Shown here in pieces: positions 1 through 11,110 of a stretch of DNA of 64,000 nucleotides. The translations under genes and the position numbers were made by a program. Source of the DNA: Eledone cirrhosa. Its lineage: Eukaryota. Position 1 is the first letter of the stretch; every line of letters starts with the position of its first letter. The stretch is from contig OZ024744.1 in assembly GCA_964016885.1 (NCBI GenBank), positions 87,482,001 to 87,546,000 of the forward strand. The letters are read 5' to 3'. The notes under the pieces were generated by a model that saw only the letters and a list, made by a program, of their open reading frames with translations, was not told the DNA's origin and did not search any database.

Positions 1-56
<56 letters not shown>

Positions 57-106
57 GATAGAAAGGTATATAGATAGATAGTTAGTTAGATAATAGATAG
101 AGAGAG

Positions 107-197
<91 letters not shown>
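1..197. repeat. (GATA)n microsatellite
   Basis: Direct reading of tandem gata units. Confidence 0.95.
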
Positions 198-198
<1 letters not shown>

Positions 199-745
199 TA
201 CATATATACGTAAATAGATATATCGAGAGTGGTACGAAAATATCAAGAAATGCAGACGCACAAAGAATTAGATTCCATTCGTTTGATAATTTGTAGTACA
301 TAAAAAAAGAAATGTAAACAAAAAGATAAAGTTACAAACAAACACAAATGAAAAAAAAACAACATAAAAATAAGTATAGAAGCACGAAACAAACAAATAT
401 AAGATATTCAAGAAAAATCAAAATGAGAGTAACGAAAGAATCAAAGAAAAACAAACACAAACTAAACAGTACAAAGATGATACAGCAACAAAACAAAATT
501 AGAAAAAGAAAAACAAAATGAAAGAAATGCGGCTAAGAGGAAATAAAAATATTCCAAATCTTTAATGATGTAGCGTCAAATAATAGGCCGGCAGGCTGAG
601 AAGTAATATATTTAACAGAGATGCGAGTTGCACGTATGTTGCCGACCTTACTAATTGGCTATTTTCTTCAGGTGAGACCTGCTGAACGAACACCGAACGA
701 ATGTTTTAACAGCATGCAGTGCCTCTTTGATGACAACTTTTACCG

Positions 746-820
746 GAGATCTGTTTTTAACTTTGATGTAGGTCTAGAAGGTTAATGATGACAACAGAGA
801 GATGTTCCGAAGCGGATCTC
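746..820 (+). ncRNA. Degenerate type III hammerhead-like motif
   Basis: gagatctg/cggatctc (stem III), taacttt/aaggtta (stem I), ATGATGA core, aaca/tgtt stem II, GAAG. Core deviates from consensus. Confidence 0.35.
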
Positions 821-919
821 ACACACTGGTCCCCTTGCCAAGGCGTGGAACCAACTTTCCCAAATAAGAGGTGAGAGAAGTTTTTGAACTTTTGCACGCC
901 TCGTTCTCACGATACCTAT

Positions 920-922
<3 letters not shown>

Positions 923-1006
<84 letters not shown>

Positions 1007-1750
1007 TGACATATATATATATATATAAACATGCATACATACATAAGAGGTGAGAGAAGTTTTAGAACTTGTGTACGCCTTATTCTCACGATATCTATTG
1101 CATACACACATACACACGCACAAACCTCTTCCACATACAAGCACATCTCTATATATATATATATATATAACATATATACAAGTATATATTCATGCACCAT
1201 ACATACATACATGCATACATACATATAAACATACGTACACATAAACATACATACATACATACATTCATACACTCATACATACATACACACATACATAGAT
1301 ACACACATACATACGCGCATACATACAAACATACATAAATACATACATACATATATATATATACATATATGCTTACACATATACATGCATACATACAAAC
1401 ATACATAAATACATACATACATATATACATACATATATACATTCATATATTCATATATACATACATTCATACATACATACATACATACATACATACATAC
1501 ATACATAAATACATACATACATATATATATATATACATATATGCATACACATATACATGCATACATACAAACATACATAAATACATACATACATATATAC
1601 ATACATATATACATTCATATATTCATATATACATACATTCATACATACATACATACATACATACATACATACATACATACATACATACATACATACATAC
1701 ATACATACATACATACATACATACATACATACATACATACATGCATACAT
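923..1750. repeat. Compound (TA)n/(TACA)n microsatellite, with a ~55-bp direct duplication (about 864-922 vs 1043-1102) and a ~172-bp internal duplication
   Basis: Direct reading. Confidence 0.9.
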
Positions 1751-2371
1751 GTAGTTCTTTCGTCATGCTTCGGGTATCTCCTCACTTGTCGTGTGTTTCT
1801 ATGACATACTTCTTTGCTAACTTACACCACTTTGAAATGAAAGCATTGATTTATTTTATGCTTCTATGTTTTAGACGAAAATACATAAATAGAAAGTATA
1901 AAGAAAATTAAATCTTTCCTTTGATATTCTCCATTTTTGTTGTCTAAAATAATGTTGTTGTTGTTGTTGTTTTCTTTACGTTATGTTATTGTTGCTAACC
2001 TCTGGTCGACATTCTTCGGCGATACTTTCATCTAGAACCTTTTACAAAAATAAATATGAAAAAAGATTAAAGATACAATGAAGCAAAAAAAAAAAACAAT
2101 GAGTTTATTGAGAATCAAATAAATAGATACTATTCCACTAAATTAATAAAAACAAAAAATAGCAAAAATGATATTGAGAATAGAAATAATAAGAGCTTTT
2201 TTAAAAGGTATAGTCTTATTTTTCAAATACTTTGGCGAGCTTTCCGTTATTGTCATAAGTGCATGTAATAAATTATTTAGCAGTTTCCCTTAAAACAAGA
2301 CACACATACAAGTATAGTGGCCCAGTTGATAAGAGATACTTGAAAATAAACTCAAGTGTCAGATGAGCATA

Positions 2372-2553
2372 TATATAATATATTGCAATATAATATAATA
2401 TAATATAATATAATATAATATAATATAATATAATATAATATAATATAATGCAATATAATATAACATAATATAATATAATATAATATAATATAATATAATA
2501 TAATATAATATAATATAATATAATAAAATATAATATAATATAATATAAAATAA
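2372..2553. repeat. (TAATA)n pentanucleotide microsatellite
   Basis: Direct reading. Confidence 0.95.
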
Positions 2554-2755
2554 TTCATACATAACTATATATTTATATAAGGAGAGATACATGAAAATAA
2601 AATAAAAACACACACATATATATGTGGGTGTGTGTGTGTGGTGCGTGGGTGTGTGTTCATGGAATCCAGCCAGATCAGTTGGAGACAGTTAATTTTGACA
2701 GGACTCGTTGGGAGTGTTTGAGGACCGTGCCCCCACGACCTTCTCAGGAATATAA

Positions 2756-2859
<104 letters not shown>

Positions 2860-2868
2860 AAGAATATA

Positions 2869-2921
<53 letters not shown>

Positions 2922-3004
2922 GTATATATATTCCTGAGAATGTCCCAAGACTCTGATACCATCAACACTATACACACAGAGCTGGCATAGCTAAGAACTG
3001 ACTA

Positions 3005-3060
3005 ACTGCCTAATGAGGTCATAGCCATTCAATGGCTATCATCGAAATATATATAGCAGT
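3005..3060 (+). ncRNA. Minimal type I hammerhead, probably inactive (CUAAUGA core)
   Basis: actgc-CTAATGA-stem II atagcca/tggctat-GAAA-tatatata-gcagt. Direct copy of 8026-8085 with G5 changed to A. Confidence 0.75.
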
Positions 3061-3120
3061 AAATAAAGGATTATGAGTTCATGCAATTGACTTATGTTTC
3101 GTCACTATATATATATATAA

Positions 3121-3189
<69 letters not shown>

Positions 3190-3265
3190 CGAAGGAAATG
3201 TGGTAAGGAACCAGATGGACCATAACACACCAAAGTACTCAATACTTAGGGTAGTAGAGTGGGTA

Positions 3266-3387
3266 ATAGGAACGAGTAGGACCCCGACGGCTGAGCCCAA
3301 GCCGTTTCGACGGCTAATTCTGGACTAATATGGTCCAGAATTAGCCGCCGAAACGGCTTGAGCTCAGCCGTCGGGGTCCTACTCGTT

Positions 3388-3392
<5 letters not shown>
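3266..3392. repeat. Fold-back inverted repeat (~60-bp arms, 7-nt loop) carrying the 3' half of a hammerhead
   Basis: Arms are near-perfectly complementary; GAAA-cggct-tgagctc-agccg-TC-gggg at 3350-3376. Confidence 0.85.
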
Positions 3393-3425
<33 letters not shown>

Positions 3426-3532
3426 GGGGGAGGGGTGTAACGTGCTGTTACTGTAGGTTCACCCGAGTGAGCACTCAATGCGTAGTTTCCAGTCTGTAAA
3501 GAGGTGTAGAACTAAGCAGAATGCAAACATAA

Positions 3533-3727
3533 TAATTGTTTCTACTTTAGGCACAAGGCCACCAATTTACCCAGTACATTACTGGTACTTTATTTTATCG
3601 ACCACCGTAAGGATGAAAGGCAGAGTTAACCTCGGCGGGATTTGAACTCACACCGTAAAAGGGACGTAACTATGCTAGAAAGCATGGCGTCCAACCCTCT
3701 ACCGATACTGCCCCAATCTACCGCCCA
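3533..3727 (-). mobile_element. tRNA-derived SINE, family A
   Basis: Reverse complement of the family with A-box-like tggcagtatcgg, B-box gagttcaaatcc and tail ...agtagaaacaattatt. Confidence 0.9.
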
Positions 3728-3858
3728 AATATAATAATAAAAGGACGCTTTATGTCTTCATTACGTTTATTGAGTAGTGACGCGCGGTTCGATCAGTATC
3801 GCTCAGGCTCGACTCTCGAATCAAAAGCTCGTCGGACCTCTGCTGCGGTAATGACATA

Positions 3859-3943
3859 GGTCTGACGAGCTTTTCATTCCAGAGTCGGGCCAGATCGATA
3901 CAGATCGAACTTTGAGCTGATCAATAGCGAAACGCGCGTCACC
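3859..3943 (+). ncRNA. Type I hammerhead with long stem II insertion, inside a fold-back (3751-3968)
   Basis: ggt-CTGACGA-gct...agc-GAAA-cgcgcg-TC-acc, followed by AATAAA at 3948. Confidence 0.75.
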
Positions 3944-4328
3944 ACTCAATAAACGTAATGAATACATAACAAAACATGTGTTCTTCCAATTTCATTATAA
4001 CCTTTACAAAATTACACGACACTATATTACTCTATCATTCTATTACGTGTTCTATTACTGAGGCCATGCTGGGACACCGCCATTTATATATGTTGATTAA
4101 ATCAATGTATATATATATATACATATATATATATATAAATTTTGAGTATGTGTTGGTTGTTTACCGACACCTGGTATGCAGGTTGGAGCACTCGACGAAG
4201 TACGCAGGTTGGTTTGTTTACTCCGTAGTAATGCAAAATAAATAAGTCAAACATGTAAAATTTGGCTTCGTTGACAGTGTAACACATTTCAACACCATGT
4301 TTACCTGTTCTTTCTACATTAATTCGTA

Positions 4329-4381
4329 CTGCCTGAAGAGGTCACAGCCAATAATAGCTGTCACTGAAATATATATAGCAG
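4329..4381 (+). ncRNA. Minimal type I hammerhead (Penelope pLTR type)
   Basis: ctgc-CTGAAGA-ggtcacagc/gctgtcact-GAAA-tatatata-gcag, flanked by an inverted repeat at ~4238-4272/4395-4431. Confidence 0.75.
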
Positions 4382-4425
4382 AGAATTTATAATAAATGAA
4401 GCGAAATTTAACATGTTTGACTTAC

Positions 4426-4538
<113 letters not shown>

Positions 4539-4665
4539 AAGTTTTATTTAAATTGTTGGGTTAACAACGAGTAAATATTTATAACTGATATAAAAGCACT
4601 CAACAAGTATTTGGAGTATATTTACGATATTAAATAAATGGAAACTATATTTATAAAACCATATT

Positions 4666-4731
4666 TATTTCATTATATATATTTCAGGGATATCATATTA
4701 AAAATATGTTATGCCTTCTTCAGACAAAATA
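4666..4731 (-). ncRNA. Minimal type I hammerhead (inverted copy of 5805-5870)
   Basis: Lies in the left arm of the inverted repeat 4624-4832/5704-5912. Confidence 0.7.
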
Positions 4732-5804
4732 CAATATAAACAGTCTTATAAATAGATAGATTCGACATACCTTTCAACTTCGACTTCTATTTGAAAAGTT
4801 GATTTAGTAGTGAAAAAATATTAGGGACAGTTATAAAAAGAAAGAAAGAAAAACGAAGAAAAAGAAGAAATGCATGCAACTAAATAGAGAGAGATAGATA
4901 TAGAGAGATAGATAGAGAGAAGAAATTCATGTAAAGAAACAGAGAGAGATATATAGAGAGAGGAAAAAAAACACAGAGGGAGATAGATAGATAGAGAGAG
5001 AGAGAAGAGAGGAGAGAGAGAGAGAGAGAAAATATAGAGAGATAGATATAGATAGAGATAGAGAGAAAGAAAATAGGTAGATGGGCACCAGTTGAATGAC
5101 GTATCAATGATATATTTATTTATTTATTTATTTATTTAGCTCTAGTATTAATGTAGAGAGAGATATATGTGGTTAAGAGAGAAAACCGCCGTTACATAGA
5201 GAGAAAAGAAAAATATCCAGACATAAACGAGGCAGATTTAAAACACTATGTTTCATCAATGTAAAAAATATCAATTCGTATAAAACAGGCATTATAATGT
5301 AAATATCAGTATTCATGAATGAGACACGTATCAATAATGTGTGAAAAATAATGATCATATGTCTAGTTTAAAATTCCTAGGTTTATATTAGAGTTGAGAT
5401 AAAATAGAAGGTTATCCCAGATGTTATACTATATACATCCATGTGAATTTACGTGATCAGCTCTGCAAATTCCTATTTCACACGAAAACATTCTCATTGT
5501 GCTATAAAATTCTAGTATACATATATGTGTACATACACACAAATATATATAGAGTCTACATTAATTTTAACAATACTATTCATGTCTTTACTCTACATGA
5601 TTATCGTTCAAGCATAAATAGAGAACAGATATCAATATATCAATAAAAATATCAGAAACAAAAAATAAATAAAAATAAAAAAAACACAAAAAAATAAATA
5701 AAAAACTGTCCCTAATATTTTTTCACTACTAAATCAACTTTTCAAATAGAAGTCGAAGTTGAAAGGTATGTCGAATCTATCTATTTATAAGACTGTTTAT
5801 ATTG

Positions 5805-5870
5805 TATTTTGTCTGAAGAAGGCATAACATATTTTTAATATGATATCTCTGAAATATATATAATGAAATA
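5805..5870 (+). ncRNA. Minimal type I hammerhead
   Basis: tattttgt-CTGAAGA-imperfect 14-bp stem II-GAAA-tatatata-atgaaata. Confidence 0.7.
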
Positions 5871-6080
5871 AATATGGTTTTATAAATATAGTTTCCATTT
5901 ATTTAATATCGTATATATATATATATATATTGTTATACTTTGGGAGGGTCATGTTGCCAATAAGAAACACACGCACCAGCTGCTTTCACATCAATTTATT
6001 ATAATAAATTTATAAATTTAGGAATTTATAAATTTCCGGTAGGTTGGTTGGTTCCACAACCAGATGGTTGTTTATGTATT

Positions 6081-6121
6081 GTCAAAGTTCTTTCGTCACA
6101 CATTCTGACCTCTTCAGTGAC
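6081..6121 (-). ncRNA. Very short type I hammerhead (inverted copy of 7382-7422)
   Basis: Reverse complement of gtca-CTGAAGA-g-gtca..tgac-GAAA-gaac-TT-tgac. Confidence 0.6.
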
Positions 6122-6244
6122 TGGGGAATCTTTTCTTTGTTTTTTGTGCTAAACAATTTGCTACACAAATTCAGAAACGAAATATATATATATATATATA
6201 TATACATTGATTTACATATATATATATATATATATATAAAGTTT

Positions 6245-6314
6245 GTCCTTCATCAGTAATCTTCCAACCATCATAGGCATTTCATCGCTTTAAAGACCAT
6301 ATACCTCCGGTTGG
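6245..6314 (-). ncRNA. Permuted-order hammerhead candidate, family 1, copy b
   Basis: As 6886-6955, but stem I 3' strand is aagatta (G-C becomes G.U, pairing retained). Confidence 0.7.
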
Positions 6315-6885
6315 TGCGAACAACGGCTAAAAAAAGTCGTTGGGACACGTAAATAAAGGGGACGCGAGGGTAAACAAACAAAATGGTTAAGCAACAGAAA
6401 GTGAGGAAGGAAAAGACAAGTCCCAGATTTCTATGAATTTAAGTTCGGTGAAATCGTGAACGAGAGAATAAAGACCATCAAACATGGTTGAAATGTGAGC
6501 AAGGAAGGAATTTCGCACAGGTCTAACGGGAGGAAGAAGAGGTCTAGTCTGCGAATTCGGTAAACATAAGTTCTGTGAAATCGCAGACGAGAAAAAAAAA
6601 AAAAAAAAAACGTCTGCGATTTCACAGAACTTATGTTTACCGAATTCGCAGACTAGACCTCTTCTTCCTCCCATTAGACCTGTGCGAAATTCCTTCCTTG
6701 CTCACATTTCAACCAGGTTTGATGGTCTTTATTCTCTCGTTCACGATTTCACCGAACTTAAATTCATAGAAATCTGGGTCTTGTCTTTTCATCCCTCACT
6801 TTCTGTTGCTTAACCATTTTGTTTGTTTACCCTCGCGTCCCCTTTATTTACGTGTCCCAGCGACTTTTTTTAGCCGTTGTTCGCA

Positions 6886-6955
6886 CCAACCGGAGGTATA
6901 TGGTCTTTAAAGCGATGAAATGCCTATGATGGTTGGAAGATCACTGATGAAGGAC
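6886..6955 (+). ncRNA. Permuted-order hammerhead candidate, family 1, copy a
   Basis: ccaacc-gg-aggtaT-A-tggtctt-taaagcgat-GAAA-tgcct-atgat-ggttgg-aagatca-CTGATGA-aggac. Stem III aggtat/atgcct, stem I tggtctt/aagatca, extra helix ccaacc/ggttgg. Confidence 0.7.
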
Positions 6956-7002
6956 AAACTTTTTTCATATGTAACCCATTTGCAACGCCGCAGCTCTATT
7001 AT

Positions 7003-7126
<124 letters not shown>

Positions 7127-7127
7127 G

Positions 7128-7281
<154 letters not shown>

Positions 7282-7381
7282 ATATATAAATCAATGTATA
7301 TATATATATATATATATATATTTCGTTTCTGAATTTGTTTAGCAAATTGTTTAGCACAAAAAACAAAGAAAAGAATCCCCA

Positions 7382-7422
7382 GTCACTGAAGAGGTCAGAA
7401 TGTGTGACGAAAGAACTTTGAC
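7382..7422 (+). ncRNA. Very short type I hammerhead
   Basis: gtca-CTGAAGA-g-gtca-gaatgtg-tgac-GAAA-gaac-TT-tgac, with one extra G between core and stem II. Confidence 0.6.
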
Positions 7423-7470
7423 AATACATAAACAACCATGTGTGTGTGTGTGTGTGCGTGTGCGTGTGTG

Positions 7471-7585
<115 letters not shown>

Positions 7586-7855
7586 AAGCAAGAAAGTAAG
7601 TGTTGGTAAAATCCAGTACTTCAGTTGCGGATAGGGAGCACTCAGCGAAGGTATAAGTTCCGGACCGGAGTTATAAAAGTGACGAAACATAAGTCAATAA
7701 ACTCATTGTTTTTTGCTTCATTGTATCTTTAATCTTTTTTCATATTTATTTTTGTAAAAGGTTCTAGATGAAAGTATCGCCGAAGAATGTCGACCAGAGG
7801 TTAGCAACAATAAGATAATGTAAAGAAAACAACAACAACTCGTAATCCTTTATTT

Positions 7856-7911
7856 ACTGCTATATATATGTCGACGATAGCCATTGAATGGCTATGACCT
7901 CATCAGGCAGT
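7856..7911 (-). ncRNA. Minimal type I hammerhead with GAAA changed to GACA
   Basis: Inverted copy of 8026-8085 in the fold-back ~7838-8104. Confidence 0.7.
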
Positions 7912-8025
7912 TAGTCAGTTCTTAGATATGCCAGCTCTGTGTTTATAGTGTTGATGGTATATGTCCCAAGGGTCTGATACCATCAACACTATAAACACAG
8001 AGCTGGCATATCTAAGAACTGACTA

Positions 8026-8085
8026 ACTGCCTGATGAGGTCATAGCCATTCAATGGCTATCATCGAAATATATATATATAGCAGT
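8026..8085 (+). ncRNA. Minimal type I hammerhead, intact core
   Basis: actgc-CTGATGA-g-gtc-atagcca-ttcaa-tggctat-cat-c-GAAA-(ta)6-gcagt, followed by aataaa. Confidence 0.85.
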
Positions 8086-8144
8086 AAATAAAGGATTATG
8101 AGTTCATGCAATTGACTTATATTTCGTCACTTTATATATATATA

Positions 8145-10372
8145 AATGAAAATAGAGAAATTAATCTGAGCAAGAAGCCAACAGTATTTCATAATATATA
8201 TGTGTCTATAACGTCAAGATGGAAAATATTTAACGTAAAACATAGGAAAATAATTCAAACTCAATTTTAAAAAAGTCAAGACAGAAATTTTATCCACAGA
8301 TTTTGTGAAATCCAGGGAAAAAACCGATAGAGTCTTAAACTCAGAATAAAATTAAGGTTAAATACTTATCCTTCAATTTGGAAAAACTACAAATGCTCAA
8401 TTTAGTCTTAAAAAGACTATTTCAGGAAACTTTTCAGTGGGGTTAGTCACGGTTGGAACCGTTCATCAGTAGAGCTTAAACACGATAACCAAAACCACTG
8501 CTAAAATATGCCAGAAAGGGAATTTAAATTCAAGCTAGTACACCTCGTGTGGAATTATGAAAATAAACACACACGGAGAACAGGGCTAATGACGTCAGAA
8601 TGAGACGAATGTCTGTTTACAAGAAACAGCGGTCAAAACATTCCTAAAAGAACTCAACAAAATCTATGGAGTTCAGCATATAGAAATATTATCGCGGTTT
8701 AAAAAAAAAAAAGACCGGGATTAGTCACAAATAATTTTTAGCACTCTAGGAAAAATTGCGAGTATAAATATTTATGAAAATAGAGAAATTAATGTGAGCA
8801 ACAGGAAGCCAACTGTATTTCATAATATATAAGGGACTATAATGTTAAGATGGAAAATATTTAACGTAAGATATGGGAAAATAATTCAAACTCAATTAAA
8901 AAAAGTCAAGACAAATTTTATCCACAGATTTTGTGAAATCCAGGGAAAAAACCAATAGAGTCTTAACTCAGAATAAAATTAAGGTTAAATACTTATCCTT
9001 CAATTTGGAAAAACTACAAATGCTCTTTATAGTATTAAAAAGACTATTTCACGAACTTTTCAGTGGGGTTAGTTACGGTTGGAGCTGTTCATCAGTAGAG
9101 GTCAAACACATTAACCAAAACACGCCAGAAAGGGAATTTAAAAGCAGGCTAGTACATCTCGTGTGGAATTATGAAAATAAACACACATGGAGAACAGGGC
9201 TAATGACGTTAGAATGAGACGAATGTCTGTTTACAAGAAACTGCAGTCAAAACTTTCCTAAAAAAACTCAACAAAATGTATGGAGTTCAGTATATAGCAA
9301 TATTATCGCAGTTTTTTTTTTAAAGACCGGGATTAGTCACAAAATGTCAAGACAAATTTTATCCACATATTCTGTGAAATCCATGGAAAAAACCAATAAA
9401 GTCTTAACTCAGAATAAAATTAAGGTTAAATACTTATCCTTCAATTTGGAAAAACTACAAATGCTCAATTTAGTCTTAAAAAGACTATTTCAGGAAACTT
9501 TTCAGTGGGGTTAGTCACGGTTGGAACCGTTCATCAGTAGAGCTTAAACACGATAACCAAAACCACTGCTAAAATATGCCAGAAATGGAATTTAAATTCA
9601 AGCTAGTACACCTCGTGTGGAATTATGAAAATAAACACACATGGAGAACAGAGCTAATGACGTCAGAATGAGACGAATGTCTGTTTACAAGAAACAGCAG
9701 TCAAACATTCCTAAAAGAAACTCAACAAAAAGTATGGAGTTCAGCATATAGCAATATTATCGCGGTTTAAAAAATAAAAAAAGACCGGGATTAGTCACAA
9801 ATAATTTTAAGCACTCTAGGAGAAATTCCGAGTATAAATATAAATGAAAATAGAGAAAAAATAATGTGAGCAAGAAGTCAACAGTATTTCATAATATATA
9901 AGTGACTATAACGTCAAGATGGAAAATATTTAACGTAAGATATGGGAAAATAATTTAAACTCAATTCAAAAAATTCGACAGAAATTTTATCCACAGATTT
10001 TGTGAAATCCAGGGAAAAAAACCAATAGAGTCTTAACTCAGAATAAAATTAACGTTAAATACTTATCCTTCAATTTTGAAAAACTACGAATGCTCAATAT
10101 AGTCTTAAAAAGACTATTTCACGAAAGGAGTTAGTGACGGTTGGAACCGTTCATCCGTAGAGCTCAAACACGATAACCAAAACCACTGCTAAAATATGCC
10201 AGAAAGGGAATTTAAAAGCAGGCTAGTACACCTCGTGTGGAATTATGAAAATAAACACACATGGAGAACAGGGCTAATGACGTCAGAATGAGACGAATGT
10301 CTGTTTACAAGAAGCAGCAGTTATAACATTCCTTAAAAAATCAACAAAAAGTATGGAGTTCAGCATATAGAT
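8145..10372 (-). repeat. Tandem array of a ~630-bp unit (about 3.6 copies), each unit carrying a hammerhead motif
   Basis: Unit starts at ~8145, ~8773, ~9346 (partial) and ~9843. HHR motifs on the minus strand at 8395-8475, 9022-9101, 9463-9543 and 10092-10163. Confidence 0.9.
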
Positions 10373-10438
10373 ATATAATGTCTTCCTTGTGAAATGTGTG
10401 GTCTTGCTTTGCTTAACTAATGAATATATATATATATA

Positions 10439-11110
10439 TGAAAAAATGGGGAAAAGAATACTGCAGGTTGCACATGGATAACATGTTATAAAATGAGTCC
10501 CTCATCAGTGATTTGCCGACGATCATAGATATTTCATTGCATTAAAAATCATATACCTCACGTCGGTGCAATAATAACTAAATTAAGTTATTAGGACAAT
10601 TAAAACGCGTAAAGCGAGTGAGACAAGTAAACAACAAAGAAGAAAGCTAATCGTAGAGAGGAAGGGAACAAGCTACATAGTTATTCTGTTAGCATAAGCT
10701 AGGTGAATATATGAGCGCTTAGAAAAAAGACCTTTCGAGATGAATCCAAATGTAAGAAAGAAGGAAAATGTATTCGTTGCGAACGGGGTGAAGTGAGAAG
10801 GGGAGAAACAGTGAGTGAGTGAGTGGAAGTGTGAGGAAGAGTTAACTGACATGACAGAGGGGGTGAAAGAAAGTAGGAGAAACAGAGAGAACGAGGGAGC
10901 AGTAAGAGAGAGAGAGAGAAAAACAGAATCGCAGTTTAGGTAAATATATGTGAAAAAATGGGGAGAAGAATACTGCAGGTTGCACATGGATAACATGTTA
11001 TAAAATGAGTCCCTCATCAGTGATTTGCCGACGATCATAGATATTTCATTGCATTAAAAATCATATACCTCACGTCGGTGCAATAATAACTAAATTAAGT
11101 TATTAGGACA
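10439..11110 (-). mobile_element. Non-coding element with 160-bp direct terminal repeats (pLTR/retrozyme-like) in (TA)n
   Basis: 10439-10598 is almost identical to 10951-11110 (offset 512). Each repeat holds a permuted hammerhead (10497-10566, 11009-11078). Homologous to the 6.2-7.0 kb element. Confidence 0.8.

Larger units (their letters stand above)
6238..6962. repeat. Near-perfect palindrome (~350-bp arms) centred on an A-run, nested in an outer inverted repeat (~6065-6230/7285-7438)
   Basis: 6238-6589 is the reverse complement of 6611-6962 with a few substitutions. Confidence 0.95.

Noticed and set aside
6915-6950. Reading the ATGA...TGAT/ATCA-CTGA segment as a SECIS, box C/D element or type II hammerhead
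   Set aside because: Spacing does not fit SECIS or C/D. The tgat/atca pairing is not kept in the 14.5 and 48 kb families, whereas the permuted pairings covary in all four.
8145-10372. CRISPR-like array
   Set aside because: Units are long with no unique spacers, the context is eukaryotic, and there are no cas genes.
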